The position numbers and the translations under genes are program-made. A stretch of 64,000 nt of DNA, taken from Candidatus Eiseniibacteriota bacterium (GTDB lineage: Bacteria; Eisenbacteria; RBG-16-71-46; CAIMUX01; VGJL01). The notes below the pieces were generated by a model that saw only the letters and a list, made by a program, of their open reading frames with translations, was not told where the DNA came from and ran no database searches. Positions within the stretch are counted from its first letter, which is position 1, and each line of letters begins with the position of its first letter. This document shows, in pieces, positions 1 to 8,923 of this stretch. The stretch lies in assembly GCA_016867495.1 (NCBI GenBank), contig VGJL01000002.1, positions 11,185-75,184 on the forward strand. Reading direction: 5' to 3'.

Positions 1-1052
1 CGAATCGCCTGGGCGATCTCGATGTTCTCCGCGGAGGGTCCTGCTGATCCCGCCAGCGAGCCTCTAAGCGAAACGGCGACCTGAGCAAGCAGAAGAACAG
101 CGCCGAGGGCGAGAACCCAACGCCTTCGGGCATTCCACAGTTCCTGCGCCCCGATCCCCGCGAGACAGCAGAGGGGCGGGAGCAGGAGCTGGATGTAGTG
201 CGGGAACGGGCGGGCCGCCCCGAAGGCGACGGCCGCGGCGAGCGCCAGCCATACGCACAACAGGCGCAGCTCCCCGCGCTCGCGGTATCGAAACGCCGCG
301 AAGGCGAGAAGGGCCATCGGGGCGCATATCGGAAGGGCCAGCCGGCCGAAGATCGCCGCCTGCCGGAGCGACTCGAGAGCGCCGATGGAATCCGAGCGAT
401 CGAAGAGAACGTAGCGAACGGCGCAGGAGAAGGCTTCGGCCAGCGCTCCTGATATCAGGAAGGGGAGCCCCGCGGCGGCCAGGACCAGTCCGGCCCCGGC
501 CGTCGCCCGGCCCGCTCTACGCCGGTCTTCCGGGGTCGTCAGGAAAGGAATCGCGAGGAACGCCAGCGCGCTCTGCTTGAAGAGACCGGCCGCGCCCACG
601 AGGACTCCAAAGAGCAGGATCTTCCTCGCGCGCAGGGAGATGATCGCGGCCGTGACGCAGAGGACCATGAACGGCTCCGCCGCCACCGCGTGGCCTTCTA
701 CCGAGAACGAGCCCGCCACGGCCGCGTACACGACGATGCAGGATGCGAACGGATGGCGCAGGCTCCGGCGCATCAGCGCATGAAGCGCGACCAAGCCGCC
801 CAGGCGCGCCAGGAGATGGACGAGCCGCAGGAGAGTCATCCCCTGCGCCGGCCAGAGGTCGAAGCAGATCGCGGAGAGGTAGTACAGGCCAGGGAAGGGA
901 ACATCCCAGAAGTCGCGATACAGGATGAATGAGGAGGATGCATGGGCGCCGAAGTAGGCCAGCATCGCCTCGTCCCGTCCCACGAGAGATACGCCCAGGA
1001 CCGGGACCTGCTCGATGATCGCGATGGCAAACGCAACGATGAGCCACAGCAT
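1..1052 (-). CDS. Polytopic membrane protein, candidate GT-C type (ArnT/PMT-like) glycosyltransferase; 3' end runs off the window
   Basis: Absent from the ORF track because it has no in-window stop. Manual minus-strand translation from the ATG at 1052 gives MLWLIVAFAIAIIEQVPVLGVSLVGRDEAMLAYFGAHASSSFILYRDFWDVPFPGLYYLSAICFDLWPAQG... and stays open to position 1. Hydrophobic helices with an acidic first loop. GC3-rich. Family assignment is by eye only. Confidence 0.5.
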   Translation of the reverse strand, partial: MLWLIVAFAIAIIEQVPVLGVSLVGRDEAMLAYFGAHASSSFILYRDFWDVPFPGLYYLSAICFDLWPAQGMTLLRLVHLLARLGGLVALHALMRRSLRHPFASCIVVYAAVAGSFSVEGHAVAAEPFMVLCVTAAIISLRARKILLFGVLVGAAGLFKQSALAFLAIPFLTTPEDRRRAGRATAGAGLVLAAAGLPFLISGALAEAFSCAVRYVLFDRSDSIGALESLRQAAIFGRLALPICAPMALLAFAAFRYRERGELRLLCVWLALAAAVAFGAARPFPHYIQLLLPPLCCLAGIGAQELWNARRRWVLALGAVLLLAQVAVSLRGSLAGSAGPSAENIEIAQAI

Positions 1053-1098
1053 CTGCGTCCGACTATAGGGGAAGTCGAAGCGTCCGTCAGCCCGGCCC

Positions 1099-1830
1099 TC
1101 AGCCGAGCCGGCGCGGTCTTCCGATTCCCGAGCGCACCTCGCGCTTCACATCTCGCCAACCGTGGATGGCCCGGTCGTAGGCTCGGGCAACGCGATAGGG
1201 GAGCGTGCGCGCTCTCGATCCCAGATGGGGCGCCAGGTCGGGCTCGCTGTTGACCAGACGGACGAAGTCGTAGCACTCCGACAGGGAGCCGAAGCGCGCG
1301 GGGCGCGGCCTGCAGTCGAGGATCTGGACGCCGTCGCCGACTCGGAGGAAGTTCGCGATATGGGGATCCCCATGGACCCACCCGGCGCGATGGAGCGAGG
1401 CCAACGACTCCACGACCAGACCGTACTGGTCGGAGCCGCACGGAACACCCGGGACGAAGAGGTAGAACATCCAGGAGTCAACGATCATCCCGAGAGATCT
1501 GCGTTCGAGAGAGCAGATGTACTCCGGCACGGGGATCCCGTCGCTCCGAACCGCGAGGCAGGCGGTGACGGTCGCCGTGGACTCTCCCGTTCTGAGGAGA
1601 GTCGTGAGGCGATTCCACGAAGCCCGGTTCTTCATGCGAGGCGACTTGGCGACCACACGCCGCCCCTCGACTTCGAAGACGCCCACGTAGCTTCGGTAGT
1701 CGTCGCGCAGCGGCTCGACCGGAGGGGGAGGGGGAGTGAAGCGCGTCAGGAGGCGGGCCAGCCGCTCATGCCCTGGCGCGGCGCGGACGAGCCAGCCATC
1801 GTGCGAGAACTTGACGAGAGCGTTGCGCAT
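1099..1830 (-). CDS. Lipopolysaccharide kinase (Kdo/WaaP-like) family protein
   Basis: 243-aa track ORF. Its size and the catalytic-loop-like segment SLHRAGWVHGDPHIANFL resemble the LPS kinase/RIO-like family. It is adjacent to a GT-C membrane protein. Confidence 0.65.
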   Translation of the reverse strand: MRNALVKFSHDGWLVRAAPGHERLARLLTRFTPPPPPVEPLRDDYRSYVGVFEVEGRRVVAKSPRMKNRASWNRLTTLLRTGESTATVTACLAVRSDGIPVPEYICSLERRSLGMIVDSWMFYLFVPGVPCGSDQYGLVVESLASLHRAGWVHGDPHIANFLRVGDGVQILDCRPRPARFGSLSECYDFVRLVNSEPDLAPHLGSRARTLPYRVARAYDRAIHGWRDVKREVRSGIGRPRRLG

Positions 1831-2032
1831 CGTAGGCGCGGTGTCACTCGGGCATCTGGCCCATGGTCGTCATCGAAGCTCCTCCCCCTCCATGCGCGAG
1901 GGGAGTCGATTCTTCAAGCAGGTCCCACAAGTCGACCCCACCGGTCGGCGTCACGACGATCGGCGATCCAGCCGCGCGGCAAAGCTACCAGAAACCGGCG
2001 GGAGGTCTCAACATGGCTGCGGTCGTCGCCGC

Positions 2033-2863
2033 CTACGCCGCAGCACCCCGGAGTCGAAGGCCGACGCTCAGGAGAATGAGGAACAGAGTCAGGAAGGCGA
2101 GGATCGCGGGAGCGGCGGGCGTGTCGAACCTGATGGAGGCTGTCAGTCCCGCGAGGCAGGCGAGGAATCCGAAGATCCAGCCGATCATGAGCGCCGCGCC
2201 GGGGCGATCCGTCGTCATGAGGCCGGCCACGGCCGGAATGACGAGCAAGCCGAAGACAAGCAATACGCCCGCGATCTGGACGGAGGATGTGACGACGATG
2301 CCGAAGAGCGCATAGAAGAGGAAGTCCCACGCGAACATGTTCCTTCCTCTTTCTTCCGCCCGCCGAGGGTCGTTGGTGATCTCGAGGAACGGACGGCGGA
2401 GGAGAAAGTGGATCGCCCCGATCGCCGCATACAGGATGGCTGTCTTCAAGACCTTATCGGGCGCGATGGTGAAGAGCGATCCCACCAGAGTCTCCTTCAG
2501 GTGCTCCGGTCCGGCGGGGGACTTCTCAAGAACGAGGAAGACCGCCGCCTGCGCGGTGGCGAAGACGATTCCGATGAACGCCTCCAGCGGGATCTGCCGA
2601 TGCCGGCGCCGCAGCCAGGCGAAGCAGAGAGCGCCGACCATGGTCGTGGCGACGGCGAGAAGATAGGAGGCGATTGCGTTCTCCTCCAGGTGCAACACGA
2701 CACCGACGGCGACGCCCAGGGCCGCCATCTGCGCCAGCGCAAGGTCCACGAAGATCACGCCGCGGCGCACGACGTGGAACCCGAGGTAGGCGTGGATCCC
2801 GGCGAGGACGACGCTCGCGGCCAATGCGGTCCGGAAGAACGGAAGGCCGATCGCTTCGATCAT
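2033..2863 (-). CDS. Metal ABC transporter permease (ABC-3; ZnuB/MntB/TroCD-like)
   Basis: Track ORF 2033..3007 trimmed to the ATG at 2863 (MIEAIGLPFFRTALAAS...), just downstream of the SBP stop at 2871. Multi-helix hydrophobic protein with an ABC-3-type segment VIFVDLALAQMAALGVAVG. Confidence 0.85.
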   Translation of the reverse strand: MIEAIGLPFFRTALAASVVLAGIHAYLGFHVVRRGVIFVDLALAQMAALGVAVGVVLHLEENAIASYLLAVATTMVGALCFAWLRRRHRQIPLEAFIGIVFATAQAAVFLVLEKSPAGPEHLKETLVGSLFTIAPDKVLKTAILYAAIGAIHFLLRRPFLEITNDPRRAEERGRNMFAWDFLFYALFGIVVTSSVQIAGVLLVFGLLVIPAVAGLMTTDRPGAALMIGWIFGFLACLAGLTASIRFDTPAAPAILAFLTLFLILLSVGLRLRGAAA

Positions 2864-2870
2864 GGATTCC

Positions 2871-3761
2871 TCACTCCGCAGCAGCGAGCGCGCGCAGGAA
2901 GGTGTCGAAGTGCGCGAGATAGCTGTCGGGTTCAGTCGTGTCGCAGGAAGGGGAGATCTTGACGATCCTTGCTCCCGCCTCGCGGGCCAGAAACGCACCC
3001 GCCTCATCGGAGAAGTACGGTTCCTGAAGCACCGCCAGGATCGTTGAACGGCGGAACAGATCGACCAGCTCGCGCAGGTGTCTGCCGGGAGGGGGAATGC
3101 CGGGGATCGGCTCGATCGTCCCCCTCACGTTGAGGTCGAACGCTCTCGCCAGATAGACCCAGGAGGCGTGATAGGAGACGATGTCCCGGCTCGGGATGTC
3201 GGCGAGGAGGCGTTGTCCCTCGGCAAGGACCTTCTCCGTCTCCTCGGCGAAGCGCTCCGCCCTCTGCCGATACGCCGGAGCGTTGGCGGGGTCGATTCGC
3301 GAGAGCGCCTCGGCGATCGATGAGGCGACGATCGCGCCGTTGCGGGGATCGAGCCAGTAGTGCGGATTGCCGCCCGGATGCACATCGCCCATGGAGGCGT
3401 CGACCTTGCCCTCGGGCTTCTCGAGGATCTCGAGGCCGGCCGAGCAGTCGAGCACCGTTAGCTCGTCGTTTCGCGATCCGTCGATGATCGGATCGGCCCA
3501 TCCGTCGAGCCCCAGACCGACCTTGAGGTAGAGGCGCGCCCGCGAGACGCGGACCATGTGCGACGGGAGAGCCTCCACTCGGTGGACATCGGAGTTGGGC
3601 CGGGCGATCGCCTGGACTTCGACCAGATCGCCGCCGACGCGGCTGGCGATGGACCCGAGATCGGTCGTCGAGGAGACGATGCGGATCTTCCCTTGGGCGG
3701 AGTCCGGGACGGCGCCGTGGAGGGCTGCCGCGAGGAGCAACCCTGCGATGAGGCGGTTCAT
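2871..3761 (-). CDS. Metal (Zn/Mn) ABC transporter substrate-binding protein, ZnuA/TroA family
   Basis: 296 aa with signal peptide MNRLIAGLLLAAALHG. Cluster-9 SBP hallmarks are present: SDVHRVEALPSH and GDVHPGGNPHYWLDP. Confidence 0.85.
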   Translation of the reverse strand: MNRLIAGLLLAAALHGAVPDSAQGKIRIVSSTTDLGSIASRVGGDLVEVQAIARPNSDVHRVEALPSHMVRVSRARLYLKVGLGLDGWADPIIDGSRNDELTVLDCSAGLEILEKPEGKVDASMGDVHPGGNPHYWLDPRNGAIVASSIAEALSRIDPANAPAYRQRAERFAEETEKVLAEGQRLLADIPSRDIVSYHASWVYLARAFDLNVRGTIEPIPGIPPPGRHLRELVDLFRRSTILAVLQEPYFSDEAGAFLAREAGARIVKISPSCDTTEPDSYLAHFDTFLRALAAAE

Positions 3762-3770
3762 TGTCGCCTC

Positions 3771-4877
3771 CTAGAACTGATGCGCCTTGTGAGGGCCCAT
3801 CGAGAAGATCACATGCAGGCGCGCGCTGTTCTCGGGCTCGCCTGCGTCGGGCTCGAGTCTCTGGTAGACCAGGCGAAAGAGCAGCGTCTCTTCCATGACC
3901 GCGTATCCGGCGAAGATCCCGAGGGCGCGACTCCACCCTTCTTCGACATTCGGCTCCTGGTAGCTTTCGTAGGAGATCCCCGCGTTGTATCGCAGCCCGA
4001 AGTTATAGTCAGCGAAGAGGTATCCACCCGTCGGCGTCACGGCGGTCTTCGCATAGCCCGCCTCGGGCCTCCATGTGGCCTGCTCCCGGTCGAGGGCGAT
4101 GACCTCTCCTTGGATCACGAGATAGGATCGGCTCGAGTTCCAGAGCTTGGCCTTCAGATCCGCGCCATAGACCTCGGTGCGCGCTCGCGCCGCGACGTTG
4201 TTGGTCCCGCCGGCCGCGGAGATCCCGAACTCGATGCCTGAGCGCTCTCCGAGCGGGGCGAATCCGCTGAGGCGTGCCGCTACTCCCGGACGAGTGAGCT
4301 CCTGCTTGTCCCCCGTGTCCGTCAGCAGGGGATCCAGCGTGTCGCCGGGAGCCCGCTCGACACGGAAGGATTGCCCGTCCAGATAGTCGAGGGCGGCAGT
4401 CAGTCCGGCATCGCCGAAGAGGGGAATCCGCGCCGACAGGGAGATACCGACGTCATTGAATGACTCCTCTCCGGGAAGATAGGTCGTGAGGACGGTCAGG
4501 GGTTCGGCGAACGGATACGTATGCGGATGGAGCGGGTTCATCTTCCCGAAGCCGACCCGGTACTTCCCGCCCTTGAGATTGAGACCGAGAGGAAGACCCC
4601 GAAGGACTGAGAAGTACCCCTCCTCGAGTTCGGCCCCCTCCTCCCCGATGGCGAGCGTGAAGTATCCCTTCGCGTACGGATTGAGGTAGGCGTCCAGGAC
4701 GATTTCGGTCTCCCCGGCAGCCGCCTTCAGGCGGTTCCGATCCGGATCCTCGGGCTGGTCGCTGATCGACAGGAATGGTTGGCCGATCACGGAGATGTCG
4801 GGATTGACGACGCCGGCCGCGGCGGGGGCGGCCAGCATGGCGGTGACTGACAGGCACAAGATGAGCGCACGACGCAT
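3771..4877 (-). CDS. Outer-membrane beta-barrel protein co-transcribed with the metal uptake genes
   Basis: Track ORF trimmed to the ATG at 4877 (MRRALILCLSVTAMLAAPAAAG signal peptide). Alternating amphipathic strands, Gly/Tyr-rich, and a C-terminus ...FSMGPHKAHQF ending in Phe, as in outer-membrane barrels. Confidence 0.6.
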   Translation of the reverse strand: MRRALILCLSVTAMLAAPAAAGVVNPDISVIGQPFLSISDQPEDPDRNRLKAAAGETEIVLDAYLNPYAKGYFTLAIGEEGAELEEGYFSVLRGLPLGLNLKGGKYRVGFGKMNPLHPHTYPFAEPLTVLTTYLPGEESFNDVGISLSARIPLFGDAGLTAALDYLDGQSFRVERAPGDTLDPLLTDTGDKQELTRPGVAARLSGFAPLGERSGIEFGISAAGGTNNVAARARTEVYGADLKAKLWNSSRSYLVIQGEVIALDREQATWRPEAGYAKTAVTPTGGYLFADYNFGLRYNAGISYESYQEPNVEEGWSRALGIFAGYAVMEETLLFRLVYQRLEPDAGEPENSARLHVIFSMGPHKAHQF

Positions 4878-4983
4878 GATCGAATCTCCTCGCCCGCGAT
4901 CCTCGCGGGCGGCAACACGAAAACCCCATCCGCCGTGGGTCGGGGCGACTCGCGGCGGGTGAACGACTCTCGAGCGGATGCGA

Positions 4984-5277
4984 TCAGGCGACAGGCGGCG
5001 CGCGAGGTCGATGAGAGCGGGGGGAGGGGATCGCTGGCGGGCGCGCGACCTCGACCTGTGCGACACAGCCGGTGTCGGCGGGAGCGCCGATGGCTTCCAG
5101 CGGAGAGTCCGGCGGCAGATCCTCCTGCGAGATCGCCAGCTGGCACCAGGAACAGGCGTGGTCCGTGGCGAGAGGATCGTGATCGTGGTGCTCGGCGAAC
5201 TCCGCGACGGCGGCCAGGGCCGTTAACATGCACAGGACCGCAAGAGTGCCGAGAAGAGCGGGCGAGCGCCGTCTCAT
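4984..5277 (-). CDS. Small secreted His/Cys-containing protein (possible metal-binding, DUF2946-like)
   Basis: Internal start of track ORF 4984..5451: MRRRSPALLGTLAVLCMLTALAAVAEFAEHHDHDPLATDHACSWCQL... It has a signal peptide, then HHDHD and CxxC. No clear SD sequence. The C-terminal half is low complexity. Confidence 0.3.
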   Translation of the reverse strand: MRRRSPALLGTLAVLCMLTALAAVAEFAEHHDHDPLATDHACSWCQLAISQEDLPPDSPLEAIGAPADTGCVAQVEVARPPAIPSPRSHRPRAPPVA

Positions 5278-5522
5278 GCGTGAGAGACTAACCGGCCAGG
5301 AGACATGGCGCAAGCGAGTCAGTCTCACGCGCACTGGGAGACCGATGTCGATCGAGCGCGGGAATCCGGGCCGCGGGGGATCCTGTTCCTCTGCGTCGAT
5401 CCCCGCGGCTGAGATCGACCGCGTGATCACCCTCTGCGCGGAGGAACTCAAGCGTCGTATCGACAGGCTGCTGCTGTCGTCTTCCTCCGGCTGATCCGCC
5501 CACCCCGGGCGCCTTCATCCCC

Positions 5523-5551
5523 TTGACGACTTGGCGAGTTGGCCATATAGT
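5523..5551 (+). promoter_or_regulatory. Sigma70-like promoter upstream of the ArsR-family gene
   Basis: TTGACG (5523-5528), a 17-nt spacer, then TATAGT (5546-5551), ending 13 nt before the ATG at 5564. The spacer carries an operator-like 18-mer that is repeated at 5898-5915. Confidence 0.45.
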
Positions 5552-5563
5552 CTGTAAGCAGAG

Positions 5564-5863
5564 ATGGCAACGCAGACTGAGAGAAACATCTTCCGCGCGC
5601 AGGCGAGGGTCCTGAAGGCTCTCGCCAACGAGTCGCGCCTGATGATCATCGACCGCCTGAGCCGGGGGGAGTGCAGCGCCGGGGATCTGACACGTCTGGT
5701 CGGATCGGACCAGACGACGGTCTCCAAGCATCTGGCCGTCCTCAGAGCCCACGGCATCGTCGACGACCGGCGTGAGGGGAGCATCGTCATCTATCGCCTG
5801 CTCACGCCGTGCGTGATGAGCTTCTTCTCATGCGCGACTCAAGTGATGAAGGAGTCGAGGTGA
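5564..5863 (+). CDS. ArsR/SmtB family metalloregulatory transcriptional repressor
   Basis: 99 aa: ...FRAQARVLKALANESRLMIIDRLSRGECSAGDLTRLVGSDQTTVSKHLAVLRAHGIV..., a classic ArsR winged-helix pattern. Confidence 0.9.
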   Translation: MATQTERNIFRAQARVLKALANESRLMIIDRLSRGECSAGDLTRLVGSDQTTVSKHLAVLRAHGIVDDRREGSIVIYRLLTPCVMSFFSCATQVMKESR

Positions 5864-5921
5864 GGCCAGCTCTCTTTTCTGTCTCGGTGTTGTTGAATTG
5901 GCCAAGTCGCCATATGCGAAC

Positions 5922-7445
5922 ATGGGAGAGGCGCATCAGTTGGGCGAGCTGATCATCAGGCTGCTGCAGGGCGGGCTCGGAAATCTCGCGTCCTACCTGG
6001 CCGCGCACGTGCTCCTCTGCCTTGTTCCGGCCTTCTTCATTGCGGGGGCGATGACCGCGCTTGTCCCGAAGCAGGCCATTACCCGCCTACTCGGGCGCAG
6101 CACCCCTCGGGCGATCTCATACCCGGCCGCGGCCCTCGCGGGATCGGTCCTGGCCGTCTGCTCCTGCACGATCGTTCCGATCTTCGCGGGGATTTACAGG
6201 AAGGGGGCCGGTCTGGGACCGGCCATCACCTTCCTCTTCTTCGCCCCCGCTGCGAACATCCTCGCGCTGATCTACACGGGCGGCCTGATCGGCGCGGATC
6301 TCGCCATCGCTCGTCTGATTCTCTCTCTCGCTTTCGGCATCGGCATCGGCATGATCATGGCGTTGATCTTTCGCCATGAGGACGCGGCGCACGATCGAGA
6401 CACAGACGCGCTCTTCGCAGGGGCATCGGAAGGAACGCGGAGCCCGCTGTACTTCCTTCTTGGCCTGGTTGTGGTGCTGCTCGTCGGAACGTTGAAGCTC
6501 GACTTCCTCAGCAGAGCCTATGCAGAGATCACACTGTCATTCGCCGGGGGGGTCGGTTTGCAGGAAGCGCTCCTTCGTCTCATTCCCTTTGACGCGACGC
6601 GGGGGGAGGAAGGGGTGAGCGTTCAGGGAGCGATCCTGATCGCTTTCCTTGCGCTCATCGCCGTCACGGCGTGGCGCGGGCTCAGAAACATCGATGAGGG
6701 ATGGAACCGGTGGGCCAAGGCCTCCCTGGCTCTCATGGCGGTCACACTGTTGATCGCGGCGGCGCGAATCGCTCCCCGCCCCGAGGGCCTCTCCATTGGA
6801 TTCACCGGCCGCTTCGTCGGAATGGGGCTCGGCATGACGGGAATCGCCTTGATGGCGCGATGGCGCCTCGGCGCCGACGAGACGCGCGCCTGGCTCGCGG
6901 AGAGCTACAGATTCATCCGCCAGATCTTCCCCCTGCTCATCGTCGGAGTGTTCGCGGTAGGCATTGCCCGCCAGGTCATCCGCCCCGAATGGATCAAGTC
7001 TCTCGCCGGGGGCAACACGCTGCTGGGGAATGCCGCCGGGGTGCTCTTCGGAGTCTTCATGTACTTCCCGACGCTGGTGGAAGTCCCGATCGCCAAGATG
7101 TTCCTCTCGCTCGGGATGCATCGAGGCCCGCTCCTGGCGTATCTGATGGCTGATCCCGAGCTGAGCCTGCAGAGCATACTGATCATCTCGGCTATCATCG
7201 GTCGAACGAAGACCTGGACGTACGTGGGCTTGGTCGCGGTCTTCAGCGCGCTCGCCGGACTCATCTACGGCGCGTGGGTGGACCGCAAGGGGATCGCGCT
7301 CCTCTTCGTCTATCTCATCGTCTTACTCAGCGTTGTCGCGCTGGGTCTGCTCCTGGTGAAAAGACGCAATCGTCGGCGAGCCGCGGCGCGCCTGCTAGCA
7401 TCTCAGGTGCTGTCAAGTCCGTCTGACTCCCCTTGCGGTTCATGA
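5922..7445 (+). CDS. Permease, ArsP/DUF318-like (predicted organoarsenical/metalloid permease family)
   Basis: Track ORF starts at TTG 5898, inside the operator-like repeat, so it was trimmed to the ATG at 5922. Polytopic. The motif CSCTIVPIFAGIYRKGAGLGPAITFLFFAPAANI is typical of the two-Cys permease family found in ars clusters. Confidence 0.75.
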   Translation: MGEAHQLGELIIRLLQGGLGNLASYLAAHVLLCLVPAFFIAGAMTALVPKQAITRLLGRSTPRAISYPAAALAGSVLAVCSCTIVPIFAGIYRKGAGLGPAITFLFFAPAANILALIYTGGLIGADLAIARLILSLAFGIGIGMIMALIFRHEDAAHDRDTDALFAGASEGTRSPLYFLLGLVVVLLVGTLKLDFLSRAYAEITLSFAGGVGLQEALLRLIPFDATRGEEGVSVQGAILIAFLALIAVTAWRGLRNIDEGWNRWAKASLALMAVTLLIAAARIAPRPEGLSIGFTGRFVGMGLGMTGIALMARWRLGADETRAWLAESYRFIRQIFPLLIVGVFAVGIARQVIRPEWIKSLAGGNTLLGNAAGVLFGVFMYFPTLVEVPIAKMFLSLGMHRGPLLAYLMADPELSLQSILIISAIIGRTKTWTYVGLVAVFSALAGLIYGAWVDRKGIALLFVYLIVLLSVVALGLLLVKRRNRRRAAARLLASQVLSSPSDSPCGS

Positions 7446-7458
7446 AGGAGGTGGCTTC

Positions 7459-7692
7459 ATGTCGAGTGTCCTTGTGCTCGGTCCCGGATGCCAGAAGTGT
7501 CAGACTCTCTATGAGCGGGTCACGCAGGCGGCGGAGGAGATGGGTCTCGCCTGCGAGATCGCCAAGGTGACCGACATCGAGGCCATCGTCGGCTTCGGCG
7601 TCCTCTCGACCCCGGCGCTCGTAGTCGACGGTACGGTCAAGATGAGTGGCCGCGTTCCGACGGTCGCGCAACTGAAGGAGATGCTCAAGTGA
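7459..7692 (+). CDS. Thioredoxin-fold redox-active disulfide protein (redox-active disulfide protein 2 type)
   Basis: 77 aa: VLVLGPGCQKCQTLYE...STPALVVDG. CxxC in a thioredoxin-like context. Commonly linked to ArsP-like permeases. Confidence 0.85.
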   Translation: MSSVLVLGPGCQKCQTLYERVTQAAEEMGLACEIAKVTDIEAIVGFGVLSTPALVVDGTVKMSGRVPTVAQLKEMLK

Positions 7693-8231
7693 AGGAACCT
7701 CGGGCCTTGAGCTATGCCCCAGATCGCGGCGGCTGGATGCTTGGTTTGTCGAGTCGCCCTCTTGTCGTCGCGACGGCGCTCGCTCTCCTACTCGTCGGAG
7801 GCGGCCTTCTTGCCTATGCGGCGGCCGATGATCCCAAGCCCGTCGCTCCGGCCGATACTCTGGACTCCGCGAGCGATCAAGCCGCGCTCTCGCGCCAGAT
7901 CATCTCCTACTACTTCCACACCACGAAGCGCTGCGTGTCCTGCCGCAAGATCGAGGCCTATGGGCGGGAGGCGATCGAGGCCGGTTTCCCCGAGCAGTTG
8001 CGCCGCGGCGAAATCGTCTGGCTTCCCGTCAACATCGACGAGAAGGACAACGAGCACTTCGTGGAGGACTATCAGCTTTTCACCAAGTCGATCATCCTCG
8101 TGGAAAGGAACGACACCACGCAGGTTCGCTGGAAGAACCTCTCGCGGGTCTGGGAGCTGCTGAACGACAAGTCGCGCTTCGTGCAATATGTCCAGGAGGA
8201 GACGCGCGCCTATATGGAGTCACCGAACTGA
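7689..8231 (+). CDS. Membrane-anchored thioredoxin-like protein, ArsF family-like
   Basis: 180 aa with an N-terminal TM segment and then ISYYFHTTKRCVSCRKIEAYG...WLPVNIDEKDNEHFVEDYQLF, which matches my memory of the ArsF-family pattern. The start may instead be the internal Met at 7737. Confidence 0.6.
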   Translation: MKEPRALSYAPDRGGWMLGLSSRPLVVATALALLLVGGGLLAYAAADDPKPVAPADTLDSASDQAALSRQIISYYFHTTKRCVSCRKIEAYGREAIEAGFPEQLRRGEIVWLPVNIDEKDNEHFVEDYQLFTKSIILVERNDTTQVRWKNLSRVWELLNDKSRFVQYVQEETRAYMESPN

Positions 8232-8233
8232 TC

Positions 8234-8923
8234 ATGGATTTCGCGCTCGCCCTCGGCTCGGCGCTCTGGCTGGGAGTCCTCACGTCGATCAGCCCCTGCC
8301 CGTTGGCTTCCAACATCGCCGCCGTGAGCTACGTGGGCAGGACGGTCGGCAGTCCGGGGCGGGTTCTGGTCGCGGGCCTCGTCTACTCGCTCGGGCGAGC
8401 GCTGGCCTACGTGTCGGTCGCCATGCTGGTCGTCTCCAGCGTTCTGTCGATTCCCAGGGTCTCCTTCTTCCTCCAGGAGCGGATGAACCAGGTTCTCGGG
8501 CCCCTTCTGATCGTCATTGGGATCGGCATCCTCGGACTGGTCCGGTTCCCGCTGCCTTCCTGGAGCTGGGGGCAGGCGGCCAAGGAGCGAAGCGCGCGCG
8601 CCGGCATCCTCGGCGTGGCGTTTCTCGGGATCCTCTTCGCCCTGTCGTTCTGTCCCGTTTCGGCGGGGATCTTCTTCGGCGGGCTCATCCCGCTCGCGGT
8701 GAACGCTCAGTCCCGGATGCTCGTTCCGGCCGTCTACGGGATCGGCACGGGCCTCCCCGTCCTCGTCTTCGCGATCCTCCTCGTTCTCGGCGCGCAATGG
8801 GCCGGCAGAGCCTTCCGGATCCTCACGGCGATCGAGCGCGGCGCGCGTCCCGCTACGGGGGCGATCTTCATCCTCGCGGGCCTCTACCTCTCCTTGAGAT
8901 ACCTCGTCGGATTGGGGATCTAG
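8234..8923 (+). CDS. CcdA/DsbD-like membrane protein, ArsG family-like transporter
   Basis: 229 aa, polytopic, with LGVLTSISPCPLASNIAAVSYVG (the SPCPL motif of the CcdA/ArsG-like family). Confidence 0.7.
   Translation: MDFALALGSALWLGVLTSISPCPLASNIAAVSYVGRTVGSPGRVLVAGLVYSLGRALAYVSVAMLVVSSVLSIPRVSFFLQERMNQVLGPLLIVIGIGILGLVRFPLPSWSWGQAAKERSARAGILGVAFLGILFALSFCPVSAGIFFGGLIPLAVNAQSRMLVPAVYGIGTGLPVLVFAILLVLGAQWAGRAFRILTAIERGARPATGAIFILAGLYLSLRYLVGLGI

Noticed and set aside
1831-2032. Hidden ZnuC-type ATPase or small gene between the permease and the LPS kinase
   Set aside because: Only about 200 nt are available, and no frame gives a P-loop or any ORF with coding-like composition.
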